A stretch of 64,000 nt of DNA from Balamuthia mandrillaris (lineage: Eukaryota). The position numbers were made by a program, and so were the translations under genes. The notes beneath the pieces were generated by a model that was given only the letters and a program-made list of their open reading frames with translations, was not told the DNA's origin and searched no databases. Every line of letters starts with the position of its first letter. Within the stretch, counting starts at the first letter, position 1. The DNA is taken from the NCBI GenBank assembly GCA_031835245.2, contig JAVKOQ020000024.1, positions 1 through 64,000 of the forward strand. The letters are read 5' to 3'. Positions 11,640 through 23,230 of the stretch are shown here, in pieces.

Positions 11640-12934
11640 ATGAACGGGGTGGTTGCTCTCGAGCTCAACGAAGGCGAGGAGGTCGTTCTCCAAAGCGATG
11701 CCAAGCACCAGAAGCGCGACGGCACCCTCATTCTCACCAATCACCGCTTGATCTTCTGCCGCGCCGCCACCAACGAAGTGATGGTCCAAATCCACCTCAA
11801 GGACCTGCACTCCCATTTCGTCAGCAAGTCGGCCGCCCCGCCGCTCTTCATGAAGGTCATGACAGAGGAGGACGAGCGGAGGCGGCTCGAGGAGGAGAGC
11901 AAGAAGAAGCCCAACGTGCGGGAGAGGACCACCCGCAAGAAGAAGACCTTTGGCCGCGTCTTTGAGTTCACCTCCCGGCTGGGTCCTGAGTCCGCCTTTG
12001 GGGAGAGGGACGGCTTTCGGGACCTGATCGCTCAGTTCGTTCCCCTTCACAAAAAGTTGGCGCAAGAAGCAGAAGCAGAAGAAGAAGTGAACAAGAAGAA
12101 GAGAACCAGAGAAGGGGAGGAAGACAGTGAAGAAGCTACGAAATTAGAGATGGATCTGATGCAAGTGATGGAAAAAGCAGAGGAAGAACAACAGCAAACG
12201 AAAAAGGCGCGCATGGAGGAACAACGACAAAGGGGTAAGCCCATGGTGGAGAGAGTGGGGGAGCAGGCCAAGTTACGGCTGGAGGAGGCCAAGCAGAGGG
12301 CTGCGTTGTTGGCGGGAAACGACACACTGCGGGCCTTGCACGACGAGCTCGTTATTTCTGGTATCATCTCTGAGGAAGAGTTTTGGAGCAGTCGTAAGGT
12401 TTCTCGCTTGCTTTCTTCTCTCTCTCTCTCTCTCTCTCTCTTGCCCTTGTTCTCTTCTCTTCTCTCTCCTTTGTTCGTCCATAACATAACTTTTTAAAAA
12501 AACAACTACAGCAAATGTTAGAAACAGAAGCACAAAGCGTTGCAAAACAACAACGTGGAATGTCCTCCGAACTGTTGGCTGACGTGAAACCAGCTCTAGA
12601 GACCTGCAACGCCGTTCACTACCGCCTCACTCCGACCGTCATTCGCCAGATCTTTGTGGAGTATCCCGCAGTGAAAAAGGCTTATGAGGAATGGGTTCCC
12701 GATAAGCTCAGTGAGACTGAGTTTTGGACAAAGTACTTTCAAAGTCAATACTTTCATAAGAGCAGAGGGGGCGGCTCCTCTGCCTCTGCTTCTTCCTCCG
12801 CTTCGTCGGGCCGTCCCAAAGAAGTGATGGACTCTTCGGTATATAGTGCTGATGAGGTGTTTGCTGGCTGCGCTGAAGAGGATGATGAATTGATTCAAGA
12901 AGGTGAGGCAATGGTTTAAAGAGAAACGCGAGAA

Positions 12935-12975
<41 letters not shown>

Positions 12976-14396
12976 AGACTTAACACTAAACTTTCCTTCT
13001 TTTGGAATAGATTCTGCACGATTAGGGGCAAAAGTAAAGCACGTAGAAATTACTTCGAACTTGGCTCTTGCAAGAGATACTCTCATCACTGATGTGCGGC
13101 TCTGCTACTCCTTTCCTCTTCAACTTTCTAATCTTTTAACTTTTCATATCACTGACAAAACCCAATATAAAAGGATGGCTATGGTAACGTGAGCGACTCT
13201 GTTGTAGGTCCGACAGCACCCAAAGTTTCGCGTGCTCTTACTCTCCTTCGTCGCTACAACCGTCATGGCGCTTTGGTTCTCGGCACGGATCGCTCTCTCC
13301 TCTCAGGTGGTGGCTCGTCCTCCTCGCTCTCTTCAGCTACCAACAACAGTCAACTCGCAAAACGGCTCCAAGACAAGATGAAAGAAGAAGAGGAGAAGGA
13401 GAAAGAAAAAGAGAAACAGAAGGAAGAAGCAAAGAAGCGAAGTACTTCTCCACCACCACAACGCAACAAAGAAAACGGTATTCGTGAAGGAGCAAAGGAT
13501 GGTGATAATCATAATCATGGTGCATCGCTAAACAAACAAGTGGTGCAGCAAAGCACTGAGTGGACAGAATTGGAGGAGCGCAAAGAGGAACAAGTCGTGG
13601 AATTAAACATCACCGACCAAAGACGGTACTTTGAAGGTCATACTTCGAGTGGGATCCTTGGTGATAGTGATGTACGCACATTTTCTTCTCTCTTTGCTCT
13701 TTCTCCCTTTCGTTTTTCTGTGTCTAACAATGAGAAAAAGAGCGAGAGCACGCCAGAGCAACTCTGGGAGCGGTGGAGCAACGAGCTTAGACACTGGTTG
13801 GAGGAGAACGCGCCCGCGCCACCTCCTCCTCCCAAATCCAAAAAGAAAAAGAAAAAGGATAACGAGAAAGAACAAGAAGAAGCATACAGTTCTTCAGCTG
13901 CTTCAGTTTCAATCAAACAACCTAAATTCATTCCTAGCCAAGTCGCGATGGACATTGTGTTGGACATCGGAAAGCTTGCCAAAGACAGAACGCATCACCG
14001 TAATAACAATAGCAGCGAACAGCAGGAAGAGGGAGGTCAGTTGGCGCACCAAATGGAGCAACTTTCAGAGGAGGACAAACGGAAGCTCTTTGCAAATTTC
14101 ACTCGGGCTAATGAGTTACTGCGGCACTTTTGGGGATCTTATCCCATCACCTCCAAAGCTCTCGCTGATAAAGGTTTCTTCTTTCTTCAATCCTTCTGCT
14201 CTTCTCCTCTCCTCTTCTCACTTTTGTTGCGCTCACCAAAGTGACGCGAGTGGCAAATTCGATCGGAAAACTGTACGATGACATCCAAAAGGAGCGTTTG
14301 CAAAAGAGAGGGATCTACGCCAAAGTGCTCGCACCAATCCTTCAAGCTCTCGACCAAGCTGTTGAGATGCGACAAAGCAAGCGAACACTGTTGTGA
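11640..14396 (+). CDS. GTF2H1: General transcription factor TFIIH subunit p62 (Tfb1): PH domain plus two BSD domains
   Basis: N-terminal PH (KRDGTLILTNHRLIF). BSD1: LLAGNDTLRALHDELVISGIISEEEFWSSR. Then QQRGMSSELLADVKP, and BSD2: LTPTVIRQIFVEYPAVKKAYEEWVPDKLSETEFWTKYFQS. Also LLRRYNRHGALVL and the C-terminal ELLRHFW. Stop TGA at 14394-14396. Confidence 0.93.
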
Positions 14397-14470
14397 AGTA
14401 AAATCTTTTTTCTTTCTCTCATTCAAATAATAACAACAACAAAAAGAACGAAAAGGGTTCTTCTCCTCGC

Positions 14471-15398
14471 TTAATGATTTGTGGAGGAAGCAGCGGAAGG
14501 ATCAAAAGAAGATGATGAAGAGGAAGAGTCGTGATTCAACAAGTAATCGATGGTGAGTCGCTCCTTTTCGGGTGTGATGGGCCGAGAGAACCGCTGCTCC
14601 ACATGATTCCTTCTCGTGGTTTGTTCGTCTTGCTCGCTATTGGCCTCGTCTCCGCCATCAAAAGTACTTGATATGATTGGGCTCCTTCTTCTTCTTACTC
14701 TTCTATCTGTTGGTTCTGTTGGAGCAGTTGAATAGACTTCTTCATTCGCCTCTGCAAATGGACTGCTACATCTGTCTTCTGCTTCTTCCTCAAATACGTT
14801 GCTCAACGACGAACTTTGTCGAGAAGATGAAGAAGAGGAAGGAAGGTTAACGATTCCCTCGTTGCGGTATTCTCCTCTGGAACTTTTTCGTTTGCCCTTG
14901 CTTGTGGAGTTGTTACTGCCAGCTTGAGAGGAAGAAAGAGAAGTGGGGGAGGAAGGGCCTTCACCAACGGAATAGCTCTTCCACCGAAGATAAAATGTAG
15001 ATTTGTTGTTCTTGTTGCTTTTGTGGTGTTCTGATGAAGAAGAGTCTCTTTGGATTGATGTTATCAACATCGGTTGTTGTGGTGTTTGTTCGGAAGGACT
15101 AGAGGCGGAATGCAATGTAGGAGAGTTATTTGCAGAACTTTTCCGTCGTTCTCTTTCTGCGGAACTTTGTCTTTTCCGTCGATGTTTTGTTTTGTTGGCA
15201 GAAGTAATTGTTGATGCTGTGGTAGAGGTAGAAGGGTTTGTTCTCTGTTTTTGAAGGCTTTGTTGGGCGCGGATGAGTTTGGTCCGAAGCTCCAAGGTCT
15301 CTTTGGTGGAGCAGTAAGGGGCAGAGTCTCTTGGTTTCATCTCAGTCTGTGTTTTGAGTGTGGTTAAAGAGAAAGCGAAAAGCTTAGTTAAAAAAAAT

Positions 15399-15439
<41 letters not shown>

Positions 15440-15659
15440 GAAGAGAAAGAGAGAAAGGAGAGAGGCAAATACTTTGAAAGAAGAGGAAAAGGGGTTGAGA
15501 ATAGGAGAGACGATGGTCTGCACGCAGTGCTCCAGCTCTTCCATCTGTTTTTCCATCGAGGAGCATTGCGCTGCTGTCAGTCGTCTGTTCTTGGCGAGGG
15601 TGGCCAGTTGTATTACCTGTTGGGCTATTTCCACCGCCTTCAAAGGGAGAGCGCGAGAG

Positions 15660-15700
<41 letters not shown>

Positions 15701-16491
15701 AGAAGAGAGATGGGTTAGAGAGGGGAAAAAAACGCAGCGCAAACAAAAAAAAATGAAGATGAGAGAGAGCGGCGTACTTGATCGCAAGCAAAGGTGTATT
15801 CGTTGTCCTCTTCCTCATGAAGGAGCTGTGTCTCGCTTTCCACAACGGGCAGGCCATAGTTTCGCAGAGGCGCCGCGTCCTGTTAGGCCAACAATAACAA
15901 ATAATTTGGTGAAAAAGTGGAATAAAAAAGAGAAGAAAAAAAGATGAAAGAAAACGGAAAAATAAAAAAATAAAGGACGGAGTAAAGAAACATTCCAGAC
16001 TCCCCCCCCCCCATACATACCATGGAGTGAGTCTCTCTCTCCATCAAGGATGAAGAGGATAGAGAGCCGTAGCCTCGAGCAGCACTGCCGGTCGGATAGT
16101 GCTGTGGATGAAGCGGGTGCTGCAGTTGAGCCGGCGAGGAGTGATGACGAGGGTGGGGATGAAGAGGCCCATCCGGCGTGGTGAGGAGAGGGGTCGTTGG
16201 CATCGAGGAGGAATGCTGTGGGTAGTGCTGCTCCCCAAAAGAGATGTCGCGGCTGTTGAATTGAGGATGCGAGGAGGATTGATGCTGATGGGTCATGGTG
16301 TTTTGGTCGTTGATCAGGAGCATCCTCGATGGCGCATCCGTTGATGTTGGTGGTGGTGGTTGATGCCGCTGGAGGTGGTGTCGCGACAAGTCGTTGTGGT
16401 TGGGGATGTTTTGGAGGTCGTTGGTGCTGTTTGATCCTGAGGCTGGCGTCTGATAGGCGAATCCCCACCACCCCTCTCCTCCCCCAAACAT
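14471..16491 (-). CDS. Uncharacterised low-complexity protein (His/Gln/Pro-rich N-terminus, helical middle, basic NLS-like stretch, Ser-rich C-terminus); about 4 exons
   Basis: ATG at 16491. GT-AG joins keep the frame: ...ETHSM|DAAPLRNYG...FACDQ|AVEIAQQ...CVQTI|TEMKPRD.... Contains KTKHRRKRQ and ends RLTIDYLLNHD...STNH*. Confidence 0.7.
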
Positions 16492-18652
16492 TCCTTTGTG
16501 GTTGTGGTTGGTCTCACAACAACCTATCCCTCACCTCACCTCTCCTCTCCTGGGGTTGGTTGGTTTCTCCTTTTATGTGCCAGCACCCCAGCTGCTGTGA
16601 GAGAGGATTCGGTGACTTTGTTTTTTTTTGTGGTGGTGGTGGCGTGGTAGCCGAGGAGAGGTGGTGAAGCAAAGTAGTATTGAAGGCGACGCGAGGATCG
16701 TTATTTCGGGTTTGTTTGTTTGTTTGTTTGTTTGTTTGTTGCTTGAGGATCATGCACCGAAGCAAACAAAAAAATTGGAGATGCAGTGGGAGGAACAAGC
16801 AAGTAGTGAGGAGCAGGGGATGGGGAGTTGATGAAGATGAGGATGATGCAGGAGGAAACGTCGGGAAACCGCAGCGTCGGTGTGGGTGTTTTGTTGTTGG
16901 TCCCCAACAAAAACAAACTCTCGCAAAAAAACAATAATGGAAAATAATAATTAAAGTGGTTGTTGGGAGGAAGGAGACAAGAAGCTGCCTTGTTCCCCTT
17001 CCTTGGTGGTTGGAAAGAGAAGGAAGGGCAGCCAAGCGTGGTGGAGGTGTTTGCTTCTGGAAACGAAATAAAACAAAATAAAAATCGGAGTCCCTCTTTG
17101 AGGTGGTGGGAAAAATGTAGCGTTGGCGTCACACCCACTTGCTATCTGTTTTCTGCAGATTCCGCTGTCCTCTCATCCGTCTATTGTGTCGTCTCTCCAC
17201 TGCCCATTATCTTGCTCTATCTTTTGTTTATATGATTGGGGGTGTGTGTTCTGCTTTTTTGGGGTTTTTCTCGCTCTTTCCGACCTCGAACGTTTGTCTT
17301 ACAAGTTGTATACGCTTACGCCTTTGAGCTCTTACAAAGGAGCTGCGAGTTAATTTTTTTGAAAGAGCCTCGCTCCGGAAGATCGCACAAGATTGAGAGA
17401 ACAGAAACTGAGAATCGGCTTCGTTTCCTAAATACAGGAAAATCCAGAACCGACAGAGAATTTTTCCGCAAACTGGTCTCCGCCTGTGGGGAATCCCATT
17501 CCGACGAGCACCAAGGTTTCCGGCCTTTGCAGCTGTTTGACTGACGCGGATTGGTTCAATTCAAACGCAACAATCTTAGGAACATGCCTTTTAGAGTACA
17601 TTTATCCATTTAAGGGCCTGCATGTGCCATTCTCAACCTGACTTTTAATCGAAATTTCTAGAAAGCCGGTTACACGACCTGGCGTTTCCCGGCTCCTCCT
17701 CGCCTTAAACTGTTTAAGGTATTGCGACCTGACACGTTGTAAGACAAGATAACGGGCTCGCAGATTGAATCAATCTGACGCGCAACCTATCCCGCTCGCC
17801 CTATCCCGCAGCATCTGGCGCCATCAAGGTGGGCGGGCTGCTTTTCTTCCTTTTTTTCCAAGAAGATACGCAAAATAGGGCATGAACGAAGAACAGGAAA
17901 AAAGTAGAAACAACACGGGTTTTATTTTAAGCCTTGTTTCCGTTAAGGTGTAACACAAACCGGTGCCAAAAGAGATTGAGGAGAGATTCGTGCTTGTTAA
18001 AAAAAATTGGTAGATTGGTGGGCCTCAAACGAACCAGGAAGGGAGGCTGGAATGACATGAACAGCTCACTTCCTCCTCTGTTCTTTGTATCCAAGCCAAC
18101 TCCGAGATAAACTGTTCTTCTTTGCAAGCATCGTTGTGTCTCTCCTTTAAAAAAAAATAGCACTTCTCCCGAAATGTGTTGCATGTTCCACATGGAAAGG
18201 TCTCAGTCGAGAGAAGTAACGTGGTTGGTTTGCGTGCATGTGTTTTTTTTTTTTTTGGGCAGCTGGCGTTTGGTGCATTGCGGCTATGATGGTTTCGAGA
18301 AGAGAAGTTAGTCAGGATGTTGGAGGGAGGGAGAGAGATCAGTCAGAGAGAGCGAGAAGACAGCACAGAAAGAGAAGAGAGAGAACGTACAGGGCAGGCA
18401 ATTAAAAAGGTTTGAAAGTATGTACACCGGCCGGCATTATAGAAAAAGAGAATAGGCTTTCATACAGCAATCAAGGGACTAGTTCGTTTTTTCGGTCTTC
18501 TTCACGGTATGGTTAGCCACGGAAAGACTCTTTTCTTTTTTCTTTCTTTTTTTTGTTCTATTTTTTGTTTTTTTTTTTTTTGGCTTTTTTTTGGCTTTTT
18601 TTTTGTCTTTTTCTTTCTTCTTGCTGTTTGCTTTCTCGTTTCTTTGCTCGCT

Positions 18653-21600
18653 TCACAAAGGCATTCTTCCTGAAGAAGCATAAAAAGAAGAAGATGAAGA
18701 TGATGAAGAAGATGAAGACGAAGACGTCGATGATTGCAGAGGTAGTTGGCTCTTCAAACGAGCCTTAAACTCCAATATGTCCTCAGTGGTCAATCCAAAG
18801 CGAAAGTCAATGGCGGCCAAGAAGTTAGCCTCGTTTTGGACGATATAGCTCTTGGGAACGTTGAAGATCTTGGAGTAGGTGACGGTACTCACACTCTCAT
18901 CGCACCAGTACTTGACGGTGAGGATGATACTGGTGAGGAAGACTTCAAAGATGTGCTCCGCGTCCAACTTGCCAACGCTGCGGATGTATCGCTCCACATA
19001 GATCATGGAGGGCAGCAAAAAGTGCTTCATCTTCCAGGAGCAGAGGAAGACGTAGAGCACTTCGAGTGGCACTCGGATTTGTTCCTCCAGAGAAGGACCA
19101 GAAACTTCTTCGAGTTGGTCGTCGAGTTGATCTTCTCCGGCTTCATGTTGTTCGATGGCGTCAATGAATGCAGAAGAGGGAGAAGAAGCGCGAGAAGAGC
19201 AAGAAGCACAAAAGGAGGATTGAGGTTGCTGTTGAGAAGGAATCCAACAGATAGAATCTCCACAACAATAACAGACAGAAGCGTCATCCTCTTCTTGAAG
19301 AAAGTGCTGATATTGTTGTTGATGAGCAGCAGGAGCAGAGCGAGCTAGGCAAGGGGCAGAACGTGCTCTTCCGCTCTCGCTACAACTGCGAAGATGTCTC
19401 TCTCCAGAACCACCGGCAACATAGTGGAGGTCGTTGTTGCAAGGGGAGGAGGAGAAGAAAGAAGAAGGTGAAGAGTGCGCAATAGATCGCTTCTGTTGCT
19501 TCTTCTTGTGGTTGTTGGAAGACGGAAGAGGAGAGGAATAGAACCAGTTTCTCCTCGCCATCGTGGTGATATCCTGTAGGAGGCGAAGTATTTCTTGCTC
19601 CGCCCTCGGTGAACTGTAAAGACTCTTGCCCAAAGGAGAGGGGGAAGGAGAAGGAGAGACCCTGTAAGGATGCGCAGCACCATAGTGATGATCGCCTCCT
19701 ATCGCTCCTCCTGTAGCTACTACCACTGTCCCTCCTCTTTGCAATTGATGAGGATGATGAAGACTTGGTTGCTGTTGTGATGATGACAGCGAAAGAGGTG
19801 GCAGTTGAGCATAAGCAGAAGCTGGATGATCAGGGAAGTAAGGGTGCATCGATTGCTGGTCAGAAGGAATCGGTGCCGCCATCGCGCCTGCGTTGCTGCC
19901 ATAGAGGGACAGCTGATGTTGCTGAAGGTCTTCGAAGGCAAGGAGCATGGCACAACCCTCGTCATCGCTATTGTCATTGTAGGCGGAGTGACGACGACTG
20001 CGAGCCAACGAAGAAGAGGAAGAAGTGGAAGAACAGGCCTCTCCTCTAGCTTGCTGCTGGTGATGAGGATGAGTCGGTAGTTGTAAAGACGTCATCATAA
20101 GGTCCGAGTAAGGATTGTAGAAAGTAGCAACGGCCTCCTCTTCGTTACTGCTCGTCGCCATTTCCATCGCTCCTCCTCTTCCTCCTACTGCCAACGGGCC
20201 AAACATCGGTGCAAACGTTTCCTCGTGAGAGAAGTGGTAAAGCGATTGCTGAGGAGGGGCTCCTCCTCTGTGCTGATGTTGTCCTTGCTGTTGTTGTTGC
20301 AAAGAAGCAGCGACAAAGGCGCCGTTGTTGTCAAAGTCATCACAACTGCTGAAATACGTGTTGCTTTCTGGTTGAGAAGATGATGACAAGAAAGAAGCAG
20401 GATGGACTCCAACTCCACCCGTTGCCACCGCCAACGCGCTCTTTTGCATGACCTGTAACAGGCCCGCTGTCGTCATCATGTACCCCAAAGAAGACTCAGC
20501 TCCATTACCACTGTCGCTAAACAGTGGTTTGTTGGCAGCGAGTGGCCTTGACGAAGCCAGGTGTTGCTGTTGTGGTTTCATCGTAATATCGCCGCGCGAA
20601 GCGGAAGGGGCTGTAGCGGGTACGAGTTGTCGCTGATGAGGATGAACATGGGAGCCAACGTGCTGAACGTTGTCATCACTATCATCGTTACAATAGTACG
20701 CAGCATCATAGGTGCGTTGGTGGTAGCCACCGCTCTCGTTGCTATTGCTGTTGTTGTGAGAAGTCACAAACTCTAGGCTTCGAGTGCGCGAGAGGTTCGC
20801 TGTTGTTCTTGTTGGCGGCATGGGCGGCTGTTGCTGTTGCTGCCGATGAGGATGGAACGAGGCCAACGATTGACGGCTATCACTAGAATCCGCAAAGTAG
20901 GAAGAGCAACTACTCCTCTGCACGCCATCCATCTCTGCAGCAGCGCTTGTCATCTCATCCCTGATTGCCGATGATGACGATGAAGATGGAAAGCCGCCAA
21001 CATACATCGAGAGATGGCCAGATGCAGACTGATGATGCGGAGGAGCCGAACAGGAAGAGGGATTGGTCGTAGCAGACGCCACACACGACGAGGAGAAGAG
21101 AGAGGAGGAAGAGGAGTCGGGCAGAGCGTAAAAGGCGGAGAGGAGAGATGGTTGAGCAAAGAAGTAAGGAAAAGGGGGAAGCTGCTGTTGGGAGCTGCTG
21201 GCGGAGAGGTAGTGGTGGTGTTGAGGAGGTTGTTGATGATAGGAGGAGGCAAGGCAGCTGTACGGTTGTTGTGGTGCTTGTTGCTGCAGCAGTTGCTGCT
21301 GTTGAATAGGAGAAAGCACCGGACAGTAGGCTGAGTAAGGGAAGAGGTTGTATTCGCTCCTCTTCACAGACTCTCCCTCTTCCTTGTTCCAACGGCCATT
21401 GAAGTAACTGCCAGTGCTGTTGCTCTTCTTGTTCAGCGGATACTGGGCTGTTGACTGTTGTTGATACAGAGAAGAAGCTAGAGTAGAAGAATGACCGTGT
21501 GAGTGCTGCTGTTGGTGCCCGCTACCGTGGTTGTTGTTATTATTGGCGGCGGGGTCTGCGGCAGCACCAACAGCAGAGTAGGATCCGTAGTAAGGTTGGT

Positions 21601-21898
21601 GGTGGTTTTGGGTGCGTTGTTGCAACTCGTGTTGTTGGTGAAGCTTATTTTGAGAATGAAGCGGAGCCTGCATTGGAGCAGAGTGTTGTTGCTGCTGTGG
21701 GAGCAGCTGAGAAGAAGCAGTGGAGTTCCGCACAAAGGCACCAGATCCTCCCACTCCTCTTCCGCCTGCAGCTGCTCCTCCTATTGCTCCATAGCTTCCT
21801 GACAAGCCGTACAAGCTGCCACCGCTACCACCACCAGAGAAGGGCTGATGATGATGAAGAGAGGTCGTCGAGTGTTGAAGTTCAAATAAACTGGCCAT
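18653..21898 (-). CDS. Intronless protein with a C-terminal cyclin box (PHO80/cyclin-U-like) and a ~950-aa low-complexity N-terminus
   Basis: Single long ORF from ATG 21898 (MASLFELQHS). The C-terminal LLPSMIYVERY...VFLTSIILTVKYWCDESVSTVTYSKIFNVPKSYIVQNEANFLAAIDFRF matches the Pho80-type cyclin fold. Confidence 0.85.
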   Translation of the reverse strand: MASLFELQHSTTSLHHHQPFSGGGSGGSLYGLSGSYGAIGGAAAGGRGVGGSGAFVRNSTASSQLLPQQQQHSAPMQAPLHSQNKLHQQHELQQRTQNHHQPYYGSYSAVGAAADPAANNNNNHGSGHQQQHSHGHSSTLASSLYQQQSTAQYPLNKKSNSTGSYFNGRWNKEEGESVKRSEYNLFPYSAYCPVLSPIQQQQLLQQQAPQQPYSCLASSYHQQPPQHHHYLSASSSQQQLPPFPYFFAQPSLLSAFYALPDSSSSSLFSSSCVASATTNPSSCSAPPHHQSASGHLSMYVGGFPSSSSSSAIRDEMTSAAAEMDGVQRSSCSSYFADSSDSRQSLASFHPHRQQQQQPPMPPTRTTANLSRTRSLEFVTSHNNSNSNESGGYHQRTYDAAYYCNDDSDDNVQHVGSHVHPHQRQLVPATAPSASRGDITMKPQQQHLASSRPLAANKPLFSDSGNGAESSLGYMMTTAGLLQVMQKSALAVATGGVGVHPASFLSSSSQPESNTYFSSCDDFDNNGAFVAASLQQQQQGQHQHRGGAPPQQSLYHFSHEETFAPMFGPLAVGGRGGAMEMATSSNEEEAVATFYNPYSDLMMTSLQLPTHPHHQQQARGEACSSTSSSSSLARSRRHSAYNDNSDDEGCAMLLAFEDLQQHQLSLYGSNAGAMAAPIPSDQQSMHPYFPDHPASAYAQLPPLSLSSSQQQPSLHHPHQLQRGGTVVVATGGAIGGDHHYGAAHPYRVSPSPSPSPLGKSLYSSPRAEQEILRLLQDITTMARRNWFYSSPLPSSNNHKKKQQKRSIAHSSPSSFFSSSPCNNDLHYVAGGSGERHLRSCSESGRARSAPCLARSAPAAHQQQYQHFLQEEDDASVCYCCGDSICWIPSQQQPQSSFCASCSSRASSPSSAFIDAIEQHEAGEDQLDDQLEEVSGPSLEEQIRVPLEVLYVFLCSWKMKHFLLPSMIYVERYIRSVGKLDAEHIFEVFLTSIILTVKYWCDESVSTVTYSKIFNVPKSYIVQNEANFLAAIDFRFGLTTEDILEFKARLKSQLPLQSSTSSSSSSSSSSSSSFYASSGRMPL

Positions 21899-23230
21899 TT
21901 TTTTGTCTTTTTTTGTCTTTTTTTTTGATGTTTTTTTTTGGTTTCGATCGATTGCTTTTTTTAAGGTCAAAGGTCGCAGAATGTAGATTGAGGACGAAGA
22001 AGAGAAGAAGGAAAAAATAACGACAAGAAAGGAGTAGTGAACGGAAGAATGTAAAAGTAAGGAAGAAACGAGGAAAGAAGCAGAAAATAAATAAAAAGGA
22101 ATAGAGTGGAGATGAGGCTGAGATCTGTTTGTTATCCGCGTCGGTTAAAAAAAATCCTCCTCTAATCGGAGACTTGCTGGTAGATGCGGAGAGCTTAAGA
22201 ACTCAGAAGAAGAATTTTTGAAGACGGATGGAAAGTGAGAGGAAAAGGGGAAAAAGTTGAAAGATTTTTTTTGGGGGATTGTTTGCTACGTTGATGTAGA
22301 AGAGAATTTAATGCTGCATTTTTTTGTCCACCTCGAGTGGGTTGTTCGTTGTGTTGGCGCGAGGAAGAAGCACGAAGACGCAGGAGGAGGAGGGAGGAGA
22401 AGAAGACGACGAAGAGCGAGTCTTTTGGGGGAAAAAAATCAAGGCTCTCCTTTCTCACGCTGTCTTGTCGTTCGTTTTTTTCCCCCACGGGCTTTCAACT
22501 CTGGTTATTTGGACAGCTCAAGCTCCTCCGTTTCCACCCGGACCTTTCCGAACCGAAAAAAAACGCAACGGGGGTGGGCGGTGTCCTCTCTCTGCTTTGT
22601 TTTTTCTCTGCCGCTACGCCTAGGGACCGCCTCCTCTCTCTCTCTCTTTCCTCTTCTCTTTTGTTGTTCGCTGCTACTTTTTTTTTATTTACTCTTTGAG
22701 GGGTTTTTTCAAACTTTCCAACGAAAATTGCCATATACGGGATAATAGGGCAAAAAAAGGATAAGAGATTGAAATGTTTTTTCTTTGTAAGGCAGGGATG
22801 ACGTCAGGCTGCGAAAACAAAAAAAAAGTGGAGAAATGAACAAGAACGGAGGGCAAATAAAAGAGCCAGATGCTCAGTTTTTTTTTGGGTGTTGTTGATG
22901 TCCACGGAAGCTACAGCGCGTCAGCAAGGGAGAGCAGAGAACCACAGGGGGAGAGAGAGTCGTTTTTTTTCATGGGTCGTCAAGGCAATAATAATTTTTC
23001 CTGGTAATTTTTCTCTCGTTGAGGAGGTCCACCTCAAAAACGGACGAACTTTCGTGGATTGAATTATGTCCCGAACCGGGATATATCGGGATTTTTTGTG
23101 ATTTTAAGGCATCCTTTAAAGAATTGGTGCAGAGATTTTGTACAGCTTGAGAAGAGGGTGTGCCCTGGTTTTTGGTTTGCTCTTCTTCCTCCACAAGCCT
23201 GCGGAGACAGTTGCAGTTCGTCGCTTGTTA

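Noticed and set aside
17585..17600. GCCTTTTAG resembles U5 loop 1 (GCCTTTTAC)
   Set aside because: Mismatch in the invariant loop and no flanking stem.
17701..17760. GCCTTAAAC...AAGG resembles the 5' end of U12 snRNA
   Set aside because: Lacks the GTAAGGA branch-pairing segment, the Sm site and the 3' stem-loop; better explained as a DNA palindrome.
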